DNA of 64,000 nucleotides from Torpedo marmorata (lineage: Eukaryota): assembly GCA_977017645.1 (NCBI GenBank), contig OZ360224.1, positions 98,146,001 through 98,210,000 of the forward strand. The letters run 5' to 3'. Under the pieces are notes generated by a model. That model was not told where the DNA came from, did not search any database, and saw only the letters and a list, made by a program, of their open reading frames with translations. The position numbers and the translations under genes were made by a program. Shown one piece after another: positions 51,320 through 64,000 of the stretch (its first letter is position 1; each line of letters opens with the position of its first letter).

Positions 51320-51545
51320 TGGGTGGCACGGTTAGCACAATACTATTACAAGCGCCAGTGACTCGGGTTTGAATCTGGTACTGTAAGGAGTTTGTACATT
51401 CTCCCCATGCCTGCGTGGATTTCCTCCAGGTGCTCCGGTTTCCTCCAAAACGTACAGGGGTTGTAGGTTAATTGGAGTATTTAGGTGGCATGGGCTCGTG
51501 GGCCGGAAGGGCCTGCTACCGTGCTGTATGTCTAAATTTAATTGA
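51320..51545 (+). mobile_element. tRNA-derived SINE
   Basis: Same family as 43113-43364. Confidence 0.75.
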
Positions 51546-52783
51546 ATTTGAAGATGTGAAAAGATTTATTAAAATTCAAGTTCTTTCAATCTTTAAAATA
51601 TATTTACATCTTTAATATGCAACATTGGTGGATACTGATGCAGTCATATTTTAAAAGTGAGCGATTGAGGCAGACTTGATTCAGTTCTCTTCATTAAACT
51701 ACCATTTTTATTCAAACTGTCCATCCAATATCTTTCCTTTGTTTCACACGATCATTTAATTTCTCATTTTATCTCCATTTTCCAGCCCATCTCAGACCAA
51801 ACTTTTTGGTTCATCTCACTGTGCTTCGGCACTGTTTCAAATCTGTTACATTTGTAATATTTTACAGTTTCAATGAGAAGTCACAGGCATGAAATGCTAA
51901 CTTGCTTCTTCATAAGAAGAAATTTGTCCAGCATCGAGTATTTCCAACGTTTTTGTTTATACCCTTAAATTTAAAATCTGGTTCAAATAATCATGGCAGG
52001 AGTGATGAAGTAAATATATAGAACAGCACAAAAATACAGCAAGACCTGGATTTTTAAGTTCCATTATTTCGGTGGAACAGAGGGACATGACAGACCATGT
52101 TCAAATACAGTTGATGCTAATGGATTTTTTAAACTACCGGTAATTACCTGGTACAGTGAATTAGGCAAATCAAACAGCAATTTCACAGGTTTGAGAAAAC
52201 TCGCACGTTGTGTGCCTCCAGAACTCACTGACTGATTTGTCATCCAGATTGCCAGTACAAACCCAAACTTGCCTTAAACTTCCCATTTTTAAGAACTTTC
52301 TGGATTAGTGCATTAACTGGCCATAGAACTTTCTGCAAAAAAAGCAACTTTGGCAATTAAAAGAGCAAGGCCATTTTCAAAAATATGATGATTGTGAAGA
52401 CAATGCCAATCAACCTCTCCAGTTCAGAATGAAAACAAATTGTATTTAAACTTACTATTGTCAACTATTGTAAAAAATATATAAAATGGTTAATTTTAAA
52501 ATGTTATATCCTTGGATTTTTGCCCTGTTGTTCATTAAGATCTCAGATTATTCATACTTCTAATCACACTATCATCAGCAGAAAGGTGCACAAAGAAGTT
52601 AAGTTAATGGAGGATGCTACATGATATAATCTTTCACTTTCATAAGCAAAGACTACACAATGCAAAACATCAGATTTTAGTATGAATATGTTCTGGAGTA
52701 ATCATGCAAGTCTCCTTTCCTAAGAAACTGCCATTAAAGATATAATAAATTACATATATTTCCTATTATTTAAAAACGTTTAC

Positions 52784-52978
52784 CCAATTATTCTTTCTCC
52801 CTGCGTAGATTTCCATGTTGTCTCCGAATTCAGGCCCCTCTTGCAGTGCTGTATACTCAAACATAAGGCGCGAGCTCTCGTGGAGTCGATCACATTGATA
52901 TTTGTGGTACTGCTGCACCAGTTCTTTAATAACCAGCAGAAGACAATCTGGATTCTGAGAGTTCCAGCCATTTAAATG
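52784..52978 (-). CDS. BABAM2: BABAM2 (BRE/BRCC45) internal coding exon, 195 nt (probably equivalent to human exon 5)
   Basis: Translates [65 protein letters not shown], closely resembling vertebrate BRE (…[38 protein letters not shown]…MEIYAGKKNNW). AG acceptor at 52979-52980, GT donor at 52782-52783, phase 0/0. Confidence 0.96.
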
Positions 52979-53689
52979 CTGCACATTGATAGAGAGGGAA
53001 TAAAAACACATTTGTGTTAATGTTCCAGTGCTCCAGAGGTCAAGAAAAAAAAATCACTTCACTTAAACCACACTAACTTTTCTTCTACAAATGCTTTTAA
53101 TTTACTTAGTATTTTCATTGCAGGCACTGCAGTTGCGTTGCTCAAACCCGTTCGATCAAATTCCAGATATATGCCCAGTTTCAGGATCACACTGTGTAGT
53201 ACACAGATCCAGAGCCCTTCTCTTAATACGCCAACACACATTTTGGGAATCATCATCGAGTAAGAGAACTCTGCATCAAAGGTTGGCTGCATTTCTTTTC
53301 TGTAAACGTACCAGACAGCAACACCAATTTTATGGAGTAGGTTGCCACTCAGTCCATTATGCCATGATACTTTGAAACAGCGATCCAGTCTTCCAATCTT
53401 TCCCCACATCCCTCCTTTATTTTTCTTACCAAGTTGGTACCTAATTCCTGTGTGAAAGTTACGACAAAAACTGCTTTCCTACATTTGTTATATGAAATAG
53501 ATAACTTCTTCTTGTGGTCAAAGTTTCAAGCATGATTGCAGCAAGTTCAATGCACATTCATAATTAGCAAATTAATAGGGAGTCAGGTTAAAATTAGAAC
53601 CTCATGTTCAACTCAATATAATCAAGTGAGCAATTATTTGAATAAACAGGAAACAGAACATTGATGGCTTCATTAGTTCCACAGGAACT

Positions 53690-55048
53690 ATGGACAATTC
53701 AAAAGAAACATTCAATTCAGAAGAACCCTTCTCCCACCTGAAGCTTTCTTTATCCTCTTGGACACTCCATTCTGGCCTTTTGCCTGCTCTGAATCTTTTT
53801 ATTTCCAACTGCCGCTGAGACATCAACCATCTCAACTTCACCACTCCTCTCACTTATTCTAACCTCACCCCCTCAGAACGCACTGCCCTTCACTCTCTCT
53901 GCACTAATTCCAACCTCACTATCAAACCTGCAGACAAGGGTGGAGCTGTTATAGTCTGGTGCACTGACCTCTACCTTGCCGAGGCCAGACGATAGCTGTC
54001 AGTCACCTCCTCTTTCTTGCCCCTTGAACAGGACACCACCAAGAAATATCAAGCCACCGCTTCACATAATATCACTGACTTCACTTCTAGTCATCTCCCT
54101 CCCACAGCCTCTAACTTCATTGTTTCCCAAACCCACACTGCTGGTTCCATCTCCTACTCAAGATCAATAAACCCAATTGTCCCGGTAGACCCATTGTTTC
54201 TACGTGTTCCTGCCCCACCAAAATGGTATCGACCTTCAACTCCATTTTGTCCCCCCTGGTCCAGTCCCTTCTGACCTACATCCACGATACCTTACATGCC
54301 CTCCATCACTTCAACAACTTCCAGTTTCCTGGACTTGACTGCCTCATTTTCACTATTGGACATCCAATCTCTATACACCTCCACCCCCCTACTGAAAGTC
54401 TCAAAACTTTTCATTTCTTTCTCAACAACAGACACAACCAGTCCCCCTCCACCACCATCCTCCTCCACTTGGCAGAACTTGCTCTCACCCTTAGTACTTC
54501 TCTTTTGGCTCATCCCACTTTCTCCAAGACATTGATCCCAGCTGTGTCTGCCTTTTTGTTGGCGAAATGGAGCAATCCATGCTATAAGCCTACACAGGCA
54601 AGGCTCCTCAACTCTTCCTCTGCTACATCGACGACTACATTGATGCTGCACCCATGATGAGCTCATCAACTTTATCCACTTTGTTGCTTACTTTCACCCC
54701 GACCTCAAATCCACTTGGTCCATCTCTGACAACGCTCTCCCCTTTCTCAAAGTCTCTATCTCCATCTCAGGAGACAAACTCTCTACAGATATTTTCTACA
54801 AAGCTACCTACTCCCACAGTTACCTTGACTATACTTCTTCACACCTTGTCCTCTGTAAGGATTCTATTCCTTTCTCTTAATTCCTCCACCTCCGTCGCAT
54901 CTGCTCCCAGGATGAGATCTTCCATTCCAGGACATCCGAGATGTCCTCCTTTTTTCAAAAAAATGTGACTTCTCCACTACTGCCATCAACTCAGCCCTTA
55001 CCCGCATCTCCTCTATTTCCCGCACATCTGTCCTGGCCCCTTCCTCCC
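53690..55048 (+). mobile_element. Penelope-like element RT region, degenerate
   Basis: NLTPSERTALHSL…IKPADKGGAV, YIDD-like motif near 54625, LRRICS near 54890. Confidence 0.82.
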
Positions 55049-56801
55049 CTAGAAGAAATTCCTCATTGGTATCTTAATTGGTGCCACCTTGTTTGAACTT
55101 ATGCCCTCTAGTTCTTGATTCACCCACAAGGGGAAAATATACAGTATTTTCAACATATTACATCCACCTTCCTGAAAATCAACTTCTTTATACTGTTTCC
55201 AATGTACAGGTAAGTATATTCCAAAGAAGGTGACCAAACTATAGGCAGTACTGCAGGTACCAATGCCTTTTATAATTGTGGCAAGACTTCCCTACCTTTG
55301 AAATAAAGGAACAAACTGCATGACTATTTGATATGTTGACTTTATTTTTCACATAGAGGAACACCCACATCTATCTGCCATTATCTTTCTGTAGACACTC
55401 TATATTTAAATGATACTCTTTTTTTCTATGCTTTGCACTGCACCAAAGTGGATAAACATTTTTTCAGACATCACAGACCATCTACCAAAGTTTAAATGAA
55501 TATGCAAAAATGTCTTTACAGACTTTTTGTATCCATATCACAATTTGCTTGGTTATCTATCTTCAGCAAATTTGGCAACAATACACTTTGTTCCTTTATC
55601 TGTTTTTGATAAAGATGGTAAATAGTTGTGGCACCTGCACTGATCACTCTGCATGCCACTATTTTTCTGTCTCATGGTATATTGTGGTAATTTATGCTAT
55701 TGTTCTTTCACATTTATCTTGTGCATCTGTGTGGCTGTAGCAAGAATTTTGTTGGATCTGTACACTGTACACGTATATTTCATTTCATATTTCATATTTT
55801 TCCTAACTCTTTTCTGTTAGCCAATTCGCTATCCATGCTAATTTCTATACAACATGAGGGGGGTTCACTGCGTAAGGTGGCTCTCAGCACAACACCATCA
55901 ATCACATTCGAGCATTAATTTTCTTACAAAAAATTAACTGCAAGAGGAACTCAGCAGGTTGAACAATATTTCTGGGGGAAAGGAACTGTCGATGTTTTGG
56001 GTTGAGGCCCCACATCGACCTTGCTTTGTACTTCCTTGCTACTCCCCTGCCATATTCAGCTCTACATGAATTTAGAACAGTACATCACAGGAACAGGCCA
56101 GTCAGCCTTTGAGGTTAGTGCTGACCACAATGACAATTTAAACTATCCCCATCTGCTGCCATGATCCGTTTCCCTCCATTCCCCATGAATTGGTGGGTCT
56201 AAATACGTCTTAAAGGTGGCTATTGTGTCTGATTCTACCACCTCCTCTTGTAGATCTTCGAAAGCATCTACTACTCCCATGTAAAAGAAAATTTACTTCA
56301 GAATCAGCATTTGAATTCGGTGTTTTGCGGCAGCATCATATAGTGCAAACATTCATATTATAACCATCTTACGACATTACTATAAAAAAATATAAATAAT
56401 AGTGCATGAAAAGTAAGGCAGTGTCTTTGGTTCATTGATTATTCAGGAATCTGATGGCAGTGGGGAAGAAGCTGTCCTTGTGCCGTTGAGTGCTCATCTT
56501 TAGGCTCCTGTACCTTTTTCCCGATGGTAGCAGAGTGAATGTCACAGGCTGAGTTAACAACCCTCTGGAGTTTATTCTTGTCCGGAAAGTTGGCGCGTCC
56601 ATACCAGGCAGTGATGCAACCAGCCAGAATGCTCTCCACGGTACACCTGTAGAAGTTTACGAGTGTCTTCGGTGACATACCGAATCTCCTTAGACACCTC
56701 ACAAAGTATAGCCGCTGGCGAGCCTTCTTTGTGATTGCATCAACGTGGAGGCTCCAGGACAGATCTTCGGAGATGTTGACACCCAGGAATTTGAAGTTCT
56801 T

Positions 56802-59231
56802 TTTTAAAAAAATATTTTATTTAAAATTTTAAATCACAAAATTCATAAGGTAAAATATAAAATTATCAAAATACATGTGATACATTTTCACCCTCCCTCC
56901 CCTCCCTAACCCTCCCACCCCTTCTAATCTACTAAAATAAAAAAAAAGAAAGAAAGAAAAAGATAGAATAAGGAGAATGTCAATCTAAAAAATACATCTA
57001 TAACTAATTTTATTATGGAGGATAGCCAGTCGGATCCGATGTCCAGAGATCTTCAAATCCTTAAACCAACAACCTTCATATATGGGCTCCATATATTCAA
57101 AAAGAAATGATTTTTATTACGTAAATTATAAGTAATTTTTTCAAGTGGTATACATGTACGAAGTTCTGCATGCCATCTTTCTAACCCTAAATCTACGTCA
57201 GATTTCCAAGTAATAGCAATACATTTCTTAGATACCGCTAAAGCAATTAGCAGAAATTCTATTTGATACATACTTAATTTCATCTTAATACTAACTCTTT
57301 TAATATCTCCAAACAGAAATACCATAGGGTCCATTGGGAATGTAATTATTAATACTTTATCTAAAAAAAATTTAACTTTCAACCAAAAATCATAAACTTT
57401 TGGACAGGACCATGTAGAATGTACAAAAGAACCTTCCTCTCTATTACATCTAAAACATAAGCCTGATAATGTCGCGTTAAATTTCTTTAACTTTTTAGGT
57501 GTTAAATATAATTGATGAAAAAAATTATATTGAACTAATCTATATCTAACATTAATAATCTTCGTCATACTTAGTTCAAGATTCAAGATTCAATTTATTG
57601 TCATAGTAATAAGACAGTGTCATATTCCATGAAATTTCTTTTTGCCTGCTGCAAGGCAGACAGATTTGCCACCGGCAGAAATTGCCTAAGCGCCTCTAAC
57701 ATTCCTTATAGTCAGAGAAAGAGAAGCAAAAAAAGTCCCCCCAGAGTCACCAAGTGTCCATAGATTCGCCTCCAGCTCTTCCGCAGCCACACAGAGTCCA
57801 GATCAAACCATCGGCATCCCAATCTCCAGATCCGAACCTCCAACACGGTCAGGTCGCCCTCGGCACCCCCTCGCATCCTGGTTCCGATACCTGGTACTCC
57901 TCCAGCCAGTTTGAGCCAGCCTCCAGCAGTCCGCAGCCCGGCGTGAGTCCCCCAACAGCAGTCTCCAGCAGCCCACAGCCTCCGCGGGTTCCTCGCCTCG
58001 AGTCGCCAGCAGCCCGCCGCATGCACTGGTCCTTCAGCCTCAGATCCCCTCACCGGTCCGCCGCCCTGATCACCGTCCCGCGGGTCGTCTCCTCCGCTTC
58101 TCCTTCTCAGATGGGGGTGATCTTCCCGTCCTCTGGTGCCCTGCTCCAGTCCTCCGCTTCCCCAGAATCTGTAGCCCCTTGTGGCTGCTGCCGGTTAAAA
58201 GGCGCTGCCATCTTGGTCGCAGACCCCGCGGTCGCGGGATCTTAAATAAAACCATCGTCGGCTCCTTTAATGGGCCATTCAAAGCCCGTGCGGAACCGAC
58301 AGCAGTCGACTGTGCGGCTGGACCCCGCGGGAGCGCTGTATCTCTGCTCCCAAGCTCCCCACGGGTCTGCACCAGCAGCAGTGCTGCCGCTACAGCGGCT
58401 CCGGCAGCGCCGCCATTTCATAATTCTTTTCAATAATCTTCATCTATTGTTACATTCAAATCTAATTCCCACTTTAATCTTGATTTATGAATTCCTACCT
58501 TAGGAATTTTTCTTTGAAACAATCTATACATTTGAGAAATAAATTTATTTACATCTCCGTTAGTAACTAATAATTCTAATTCACTCTGTCTTGGTAAAGT
58601 CAAACTATAGCCTTATTTCCCAACCAAAAATGCTCTAATTTGATAATAAGCAAAAAGTGTATTATCCAATATATTAAATTTATCTTTCATTCTTTGAAAA
58701 GTAATAAATTTACCAGCTTCAAAACAATCATTTATTTTCTTAATTCCTTTTTGAAACCAAATTTTAAATAATTGATTATTAACAGTAAATGGAATAAGTT
58801 CATTTTGATATAAAGGCATTCTTGGTGAAATCAACCCTTTTCCTCCTATTTCCTTATCCACCCTATTCCATATTTCTAGCAAATGTTTAAAAATAGGATA
58901 ATTCTTCCTTTTTGTTAATATTAATTTAGAATTCCATTTATAAATAACTTCTTCTTTGGAATCTTCTCCTATATTATTTAACTCTATTCTAATCCAAGCG
59001 GAAGACTTAGTTAAATCAAAAAGTTCATTAACAAATTTTAGTTGAGCTGCTTTATAATAATTTTGAAAATTAGGAAGTTGTAAACCACCCATTTCATAAT
59101 TCCAAGTTAATTTCTCTATATCTACTCAAGCCAACTTTCCTTTCCACAAAAACTTCCTAATAATTAAGTTTAAATCTTTAAAAAAATTTTGAGGAATTTC
59201 ATAAGGAATTGATTGAAAGAGATATTACATT
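56802..59231 (-). mobile_element. L1/Tx1-clade LINE, 5'-truncated, with 15-bp TSD
   Basis: TSD GAATTTGAAGTTCTT at 56787-56801 and 59232-59246; GGLQLPNFQNYYKAAQ; C-terminus homologous to 34-666. Confidence 0.9.
57575..58417 (-). mobile_element. GC-rich non-autonomous retroelement nested in L1
   Basis: Interrupts the L1 ORF2 at …KELC/KLSM; starts aaatggcggcg; ends gacaataaa(ttgaatc)n. A degenerate relative lies at about 34000-34595. Confidence 0.75.
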
Positions 59232-59914
59232 GAATTTGAAGTTCTTGACCCTCTCCACTACTGAGCCCTTGATGAGGACTGGGTCGTGTTCCCTAGACTT
59301 CCTCCTGAAGTCCACAATCATCTCATTGGTTTTGCTGACGTTGAGCGCAAGGTTGTTGTCGTTACACCATTCAACGAGCTGATCTATCTCCCTCCTGTAC
59401 GTTTCCTCATTGCCACATCTCCTTTAAACATTTCCACTCTCACCTCAAACTTGAGCCTTCTTGTATTTGACATTTGCACTCTGGGGGAAAAGGCTCTACC
59501 AACACGATGACCTCAATATTTTATACACTTCTATCAGATGGGCATCAATCTCCAACGCTCCACAGAAAACAATTCCAGTTTCTCCAACTTCTCTTTATAG
59601 CTAATACATTCCAATCCAGGTAATATAATGGTGAACCTCTCCTGCACCCTCTACAAATCTTCCACATCCTTCCTATAGTGTGAGGACCAGATTGCACACA
59701 ATCCTCCAAATGTGGCGGAACCAAAGTTTGATACAGCTGCAACATGACTATCCCCCGATCCTCCTAAAACTCACCCACAGCAGGGCTAATTTATACCAGT
59801 CAATTATCTACTAGTCATCTTTGGGATGTGGGAGAAAACCCAGGCAGTCACAGGGAGAATGTGCAAATTATCCCAGGATCAAACTCCGGTCACTGGAGAA
59901 ATGGGGCTGCAGCA

Positions 59915-60905
59915 TTAGAACCATAGAACGCTACAGCACAGAAAACAGGCCATTTGGCCTCTCTAGTCTGTGCTGACAACTATTTTGCTAGTCCCATTGA
60001 CCTGCTCCCATTCCAGAACCCTCCAGACCTCTCCCATCCATGTATCTATCCAATTTATTCTTAAAACTCAAGATCGAGCCTGCATTCACCACACCAGATG
60101 GCAGCTCATTCCACACTCCCACCACTCTCTGAGTGAAGAACTTCCCCATATGTTCCCCCTAAACTTTTCCCCTTTCAGCTTAAAACTATGACCTCTCGTA
60201 TTTATCTCCCCCAATCTAAGTGGAAAAAGTCTACTTGCATCCACTCTGTCTATACCTCTCATAATCTTGTAAACTTCTATCAAATCTCCCCTCATTCTTC
60301 TTCGTTCCAAGGAATAAAGTCCTAACCTGTTTAATCTTTCCCAGTAACTCAACTCCTGAAGACCCGGCAACATCCTAGTAAATCTTCTCTGCACTCTTTC
60401 AATCTTATTGATATCCTTCCTGTAGTGAGGCGACCAGAACTGCACACAATATTCCAAATTTGGCCTCACCAATGTCTTAAACAACTTCAACATAATATCC
60501 CAACTCCTATACTCAATACTTTGATTTATATAGGCTAAGATGCCAAAAGCTTTCTTTGCAACCCTGTCCACCTGCGACGCCACCTTCAGGGAACAATGTA
60601 TCTGTATTCCCAGATCTCTGCTCCTCCGCACTCCTCAGTACCCTACCATTTACTGTGTATGTCTTACCTTGGTTTGCCCTTCCAAAATGCATACCTCATA
60701 CTTGTCTGCATTAAACTCCATCTGCCCATTTTTTGGCCCTTCTCCCAGTTGGTACAGATCCCTCTGCAAGCTTTGAAAATCTTCCTCGCTGTCCACAACA
60801 TCTCCTATCTTTGTGTCATCAGCAAACTTGCTGATTCAATTTACCACATTATCATCCAGATCATTGATATATACAACAAACAACAATAGATCCCTGAGGC
60901 ACACC
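59915..60905 (-). mobile_element. CR1 LINE 3' fragment
   Basis: ORF 60086..60631 LVRPNLEYCVQFWSPHYRKDI…LERRRMRGDLIE. An older CR1 remnant lies at 59414-59750. Confidence 0.88.
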
Positions 60906-61184
60906 ATTGTGAGGCATTGAGGAGTATACATTATTCACATGCCATGAACACTCATCCTTCATGTAGCGCCTTATCAAATACAACATGAAATCTAAATTCA
61001 GGGCTAATATCACTCTAGAAGATGATAGTGCCAACTTTATCTACAAAGATCTTCAAGTGCTCATATTTTTTCAGAGAATATGAGCAGTGCAAAGAAAAAT
61101 TAAATATTCCCTGACACGGTTCAGCATGTTTGTTGAACTGTTGGAGATTTTAAGAAAGTTAATCATATTTTAAATTACCGGTAA

Positions 61185-61410
61185 ATTTAAATTAGATGTA
61201 CAGCACAGTAACAGGCCCTTCTGGCCCACGAGCCCGTGCCACCCAATTACACCCCGTATGTTTTGAAGGGTGGGATGAAACCGGAGCACACGGAGGAAAC
61301 TCACACAGACGGGGAGATCGTACAAACTCCTTACAGACAGCACTGGATTCGAACTCGGGTCGCTGGCACCGTAATAGTGTTGCGCTAACCGCTAAGCTAA
61401 CCGGACCGCC
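61185..61410 (-). mobile_element. tRNA-derived SINE
   Basis: Same family as 43113-43364; B-box agttcgaatcc on the minus strand. Confidence 0.75.
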
Positions 61411-61651
61411 AAATTATCTACATTTATCCAATTAATTCACCATTTTGAAAGAAAAAGGAAAAAGCCCTTCACAGTGAACAAGTGTTTCAAGATCCTTCTC
61501 TCTCAAACTTGTTAAGTGACCATTGTTTCATTAGCTGCTCTACAAAATACATAGAAGAATCCAGTTTGGACTGCCAAAATTGATTGGGACCTCACCACAT
61601 TATTCTAAAGTGGAAAATCATTTGGCTTTCATTTAAGTAATACAGTACTCA

Positions 61652-62030
61652 GAATCTCAGAATCAGAATTTATTGTCATGAACATGTCACATAATTCATT
61701 GTTTTGTGGCAGCATCACAGTGCAAACATTTATAAAAACCACCTTACAAAATAAATAAAAATAATAGTGCAAGAAAAAGTCAAAGTAAGGCAGTGTCTGT
61801 GGTTCATTGTTCATTCAGGAATCTGATGGCAGAGGGGAAGAAGCTGAAAACGGAGTTCTCATCTTCAGGCTCCTGTACCTTTTTCCTGGTGGTAGCAGAT
61901 GAAGAATGCATGGCCTGGGTGGTGGTGGTTCTTAACACACCGCATCTTGTAGATATCCTTGATGGAGTGAAGACTGGTGCCCGTAATGTCGCTGACCGAG
62001 TTAACAATCCTCTGGAGTTTTTTCTTATCC
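61652..62030 (-). mobile_element. Rex1/Babar 3' fragment, degenerate
   Basis: FFPSAIRFLNEQ and the gacaataaattctgattc tail. Confidence 0.75.
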
Positions 62031-62157
62031 TGAACGATAATTAACAATACCCCCAACTATAGGCCACTATTCAAAAATGTTTGAGCTACTGACATCTAAG
62101 TGGTGTTTACATCATGTTTTCTGTTCTTAGCATTTTGACTTTCAATAGACTAACATT

Positions 62158-64000
62158 CTATGAATATGCAACAGGTGTCACCGACTTCATCAAGACCTGC
62201 GTGGAGGAGTGTGTGCCCACGCGCAAATACCGGGTGTTCCCCAACCAGAAGCCCTGGATGAATCAAAGAATTCGCAACCTGCTGAGGACGAGAACAAGGG
62301 CGTTTAAGGCCGGGGACCGGGATCTTTACAAAAAGTCCAGGCACGACCTGCGGAAGGCCATCTCTGAAGCAAAGTGGCAATTCCGGAGGAAGCTAGAGAC
62401 AGAGACAGACACACGCCAGCTATGGCAGGGAGTTCAGGCCATTACAGCCTACAAAGCGAGGGCGAACACTATAGACGGCTGTGATGCTTCACTACCCGAT
62501 GAGCTGAACACCTTCTGTGCCCACTTTAAGAAGAAGGACCAAACAGTGCCTACTAGAATCCCTGAAAAGGCTGAGGACCCTGTGATATCTGTCTCTGAGG
62601 GCGACGTCAGAACATCATTCAAGAGGGTGAACCCTCGCAAGGCGTCAGGCCCTGACGGCGTACCTGGCAGGGTACTGAAAATCTGCGCCAACCAACTAGC
62701 TGGAGTGTTCACGGACATTTTCAACCTCTCATTGCGGCAGTCAGAGGTTCCCACCTGCTTCAAAAGGGCATCAATCATCCCGGTACCCAAGAAGAGCAGT
62801 GTAAGCTGCCTCAACGACTACCGCCCAGTAGCACTAACTCCTATTGTGATGAAATGCTTTGAGAGGCTGGTCATGGCCAGAATTAACACATACCTAAGCA
62901 AAGATCTGGACCCACTGCAATTCGCCTATCGCCACAATCGCTCCACAGCAGATGCAATATCGCTGGCTCTCCACTCAGCTCTGGATCACCTCGAATTCAG
63001 CAATTCATACATACGGTTGCTCTTCATCGACTACAGCTCGGCCTTCAATACCATTATTCCCTCAGTGCTGGTCAAGAAACTACAAACTCTAGGCCTCTGT
63101 ACCCCCCTCTGCAACTGGATCCTTGACTTTCTCATTGGAAGACCACAGTCAGTACGAATTGGAAACAACGTCTCCTCCTCACTGATTATCAACATAGGCG
63201 CACCCCAAGGATGCGTGCTTAGTCCACTGCTCTACTCGTTATACACTCATGACTGCGTGACCAGGCACAATTCCAATGCCATATACAAGTTTGCGATGAC
63301 ACCACAGTTGTTGGCAGAATCACAAACGGCAATGAGGAAGCGTACAGGAGGGAGATAGATCAGCTCGTTGAATGGTGTAATGACAACAACCTTGAGCTCA
63401 ACTTCAGCAAAACCAAGGAGATGATTGTGGACTTCCGGAGGAAGTCAGGGGTACACGACTCAGTCCTCATTAAGGGCTCAGTAGTGGAGAGGGTCAAGAA
63501 CTTCAAATTCCTGGGTGTCAACATCTCTGAGGACCTGTTCTGGAGCATCCACGTGGATGCAATCACAAAGAAGGCTCGTCAGCGGCTATACTTTGTGAGG
63601 TGTTTGCGGAGATTCGGTATGTCACCAAAGACTCTCGTAAACTTCTACAGGTGTACCGTGGAGAGCATTCTGGCTGGTTGCATCACTGCCTGGTATGGAG
63701 GCGCCAACTCCCAGGACAAGAGTAAACTCCAGAGAGTTGTCTACTCGGCCTGTGACATCACAGGCACCAAACTTCACTCCATCGAGGACATCTACATGAG
63801 GCGGTGTCTTAAAAAAGCAGCCTCTATCCTCAAAGACCCCCACCACCCAGGCCATGCCCTCTTCACTCTGCTTCCATCGGGAAAAAGGTACAGGAGCCTA
63901 AAGGCGAGCACTCAACGGCACAAGGACAGCTTCTTCCCCGCTGCCATCAGATTCCTGAATAATCAATGAACCAAAGACACTGCCTTACTTTTCGTGCACT
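62158..64000 (+). mobile_element. Rex1/Babar LINE with nearly intact RT (one frameshift near 63295); runs off the window end
   Basis: KASGPDG, DYRPVALTP, LDPLQFAYR, FIDYSSAFNTI, GAPQGCVLSPLLY, KFA/DD; stop at 63969. Confidence 0.93.

Larger units (their letters stand above)
56299..59413 (-). mobile_element. Young Rex1/Babar LINE 3' portion split by an L1 insertion
   Basis: 56299-56801 and 59232-59413 are the reverse complement of 18064-18845, with one internal deletion. Confidence 0.88.

Noticed and set aside
52766-53011. The 81-aa ORF as a complete small gene
   Set aside because: It is a BABAM2 exon plus intronic read-through; splice sites delimit 52784-52978.
57712-58503. Overlapping 100-160-aa ORFs
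   Set aside because: GC-rich non-autonomous retroelement with no recognisable domains.

Overview
Eukaryotic, repeat-dense vertebrate DNA. The repeat repertoire (CR1, Rex1/Babar, L1/Tx1, Penelope, tRNA- and 5S-derived SINEs) suggests a cartilaginous fish such as a ray or skate; this is inference only. The window appears to lie entirely inside the minus-strand gene BABAM2 (BRE/BRCC45). Only two coding exons are recognisable (52784-52978, 195 nt; 21769-21843, 75 nt), separated by a 30.9-kb intron. That intron holds three LTR retrotransposons with intact target-site duplications (TSDs). (1) A Gmr1-like Gypsy (28120-32398) with an open Gag-PR-IN frame but RT deleted. (2) A BEL/Pao element (34596-42370) whose Gag begins with a SAFB/SLTM-like SAP domain and whose LTRs carry clustered NRF1-type motifs. 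(3) A CsRn1-like Gypsy (46298-50830) with a textbook -1 frameshift signal. Also present are a near-complete pogo/POGK-like DNA transposon, several MITEs (one a composite hAT), Penelope fragments with hammerhead-like motifs, a 5S rRNA-derived SINE, and several three-level nested insertions. No prokaryotic-type systems were seen. Most short ORFs in the track are spurious or transposon-derived. No database searches were run; family names come from motifs recognised by eye.
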